The notes beneath the pieces were generated by a model, which did no database searches, was not told the DNA's origin, and was given only the letters and a program-made list of their open reading frames with translations. A DNA stretch of 64,000 nt from Alphaproteobacteria bacterium (GTDB taxonomy: Bacteria > Pseudomonadota > Alphaproteobacteria > MPNO01 > UBA830), in assembly GCA_965243135.1 (NCBI GenBank), contig OZ251539.1, positions 1,600,001 through 1,664,000 of the forward strand, read 5' to 3'. The position numbers were made by a program, and so were the translations under genes. The number at the start of each line of letters is the position of its first letter. Within the stretch, counting starts at the first letter, position 1. This document shows positions 63,124 through 64,000 of the stretch, piece by piece.

Positions 63124-64000
63124 CGCGCGTCGGCGTAGCAGACGGCGAGCGCTGTCCTGACCACGTCCTCTGGCTGCGGCAAGGCGAGTCTCTCCAGGTT
63201 GGCCGCGTAAGGGAGAGGCACGTCGGCCGCGCAAACCCGGGCGACCGGCGCGTCCAGCCAGTCGAAGGCATGTTCCATCATCAACGCCGCGATTTCGGCG
63301 CCGATGCCGGCCGCCGGCCAGCCCTCCTCCACGGAAACGATGCGGTTGGTCTTCTTCACCGATTCGACGACGGTGGCGACGTCGAGCGGACGCAGGGTCC
63401 GCAGATCGATCACCTCGGCTTCGATTCCCTTCGCCGCCAGTTCGTCCGCGGCTTCGAGAGCGTGCCCGACCATGATCGAAAAAGCGGCGATCGTCACGTC
63501 GCTTCCCGTTCGCAGGACCTTAGCCTTCCCGATCGGCACGAGCCAGTCGGGCTCGTCCGGCATGTCGAAGGTCCGGCCGTAGAGGAGCTCGTTTTCGAGG
63601 AATATCACCGGGTTCGGATTCCGGATCGCGGACTTGAGCAGCCCCTTCGCGTCGGCCGCGGAATAGGGAGCGATCACGTGGATGCCGGGAACGTGAGCGT
63701 ACCAGCTCGCGAAGCACTGCGAATGCTGGGCGGCCACCCGGGCGGCGGCCCCGTTGGGGCCGCGGAACACGATCGGGCAACCCATCTGTCCGCCCGACAT
63801 GTAATTGGTCTTGGCGGCGGAGTTGATCAGATGGTCCATCGCCTGCATGGCGAAATTGAAGGTCATGAACTCGACGACGGGCTTCAGGCCGCCGAACGCG
63901 GCGCCGACCCCGAGACCGGTGAAGCCGTGCTCGGTTATCGGCGTGTCGATCACGCGCGCTTCGCCGAACTCTTCGAGCAATCCCTGGCTGACCTTGTAGG
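63120..64000 (-). CDS. pdhB: Pyruvate dehydrogenase E1 beta subunit (5' truncated by window)
   Basis: [33 protein letters not shown]. Confidence 0.95.
   Translation of the reverse strand, partial: YKVSQGLLEEFGEARVIDTPITEHGFTGLGVGAAFGGLKPVVEFMTFNFAMQAMDHLINSAAKTNYMSGGQMGCPIVFRGPNGAAARVAAQHSQCFASWYAHVPGIHVIAPYSAADAKGLLKSAIRNPNPVIFLENELLYGRTFDMPDEPDWLVPIGKAKVLRTGSDVTIAAFSIMVGHALEAADELAAKGIEAEVIDLRTLRPLDVATVVESVKKTNRIVSVEEGWPAAGIGAEIAALMMEHAFDWLDAPVARVCAADVPLPYAANLERLALPQPEDVVRTALAVCYADAR

Overview
High-GC alphaproteobacterial chromosome segment (gene content and order resemble Rhodospirillales/Rhizobiales), mostly core genes: prpDBC, proS-lolE-lolD, mfd/sdhE/recG, cinA-pgpA-ispDF, ntrBC-ntrYX-trkA-hfq-hflX, groESL with CIRCE, mazG-tatD-metG-holB-tmk-dac-rlpA-mltB, atm1, ratA-lipA-lpdA-pdhC-pdhB, and tRNA-Ser(TGA). 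I found no CRISPR array, prophage, integrase or intact IS. The most interesting items are: (i) an intact Rpn/YhgA-family gene whose two catalytic-position Asp codons appear changed (GCC, GTC), with a strong stress-type promoter and a candidate internal antitoxin start; (ii) a patch of uncharacterised enzymes beside tRNA-Ser, including a CADD-like diiron enzyme with altered reactive residues and a signal-less PBP2-fold protein with no ABC partners; (iii) absence of dusB/nifR3 although tandem NtrC boxes and the promoter remain; (iv) an inferred ~26-kb inversion; (v) NtrX with a Walker B Glu->Gly change; (vi) an actinobacterial-type prpDBC operon. All calls come from motif recognition by eye and comparisons from memory; no searches were run.
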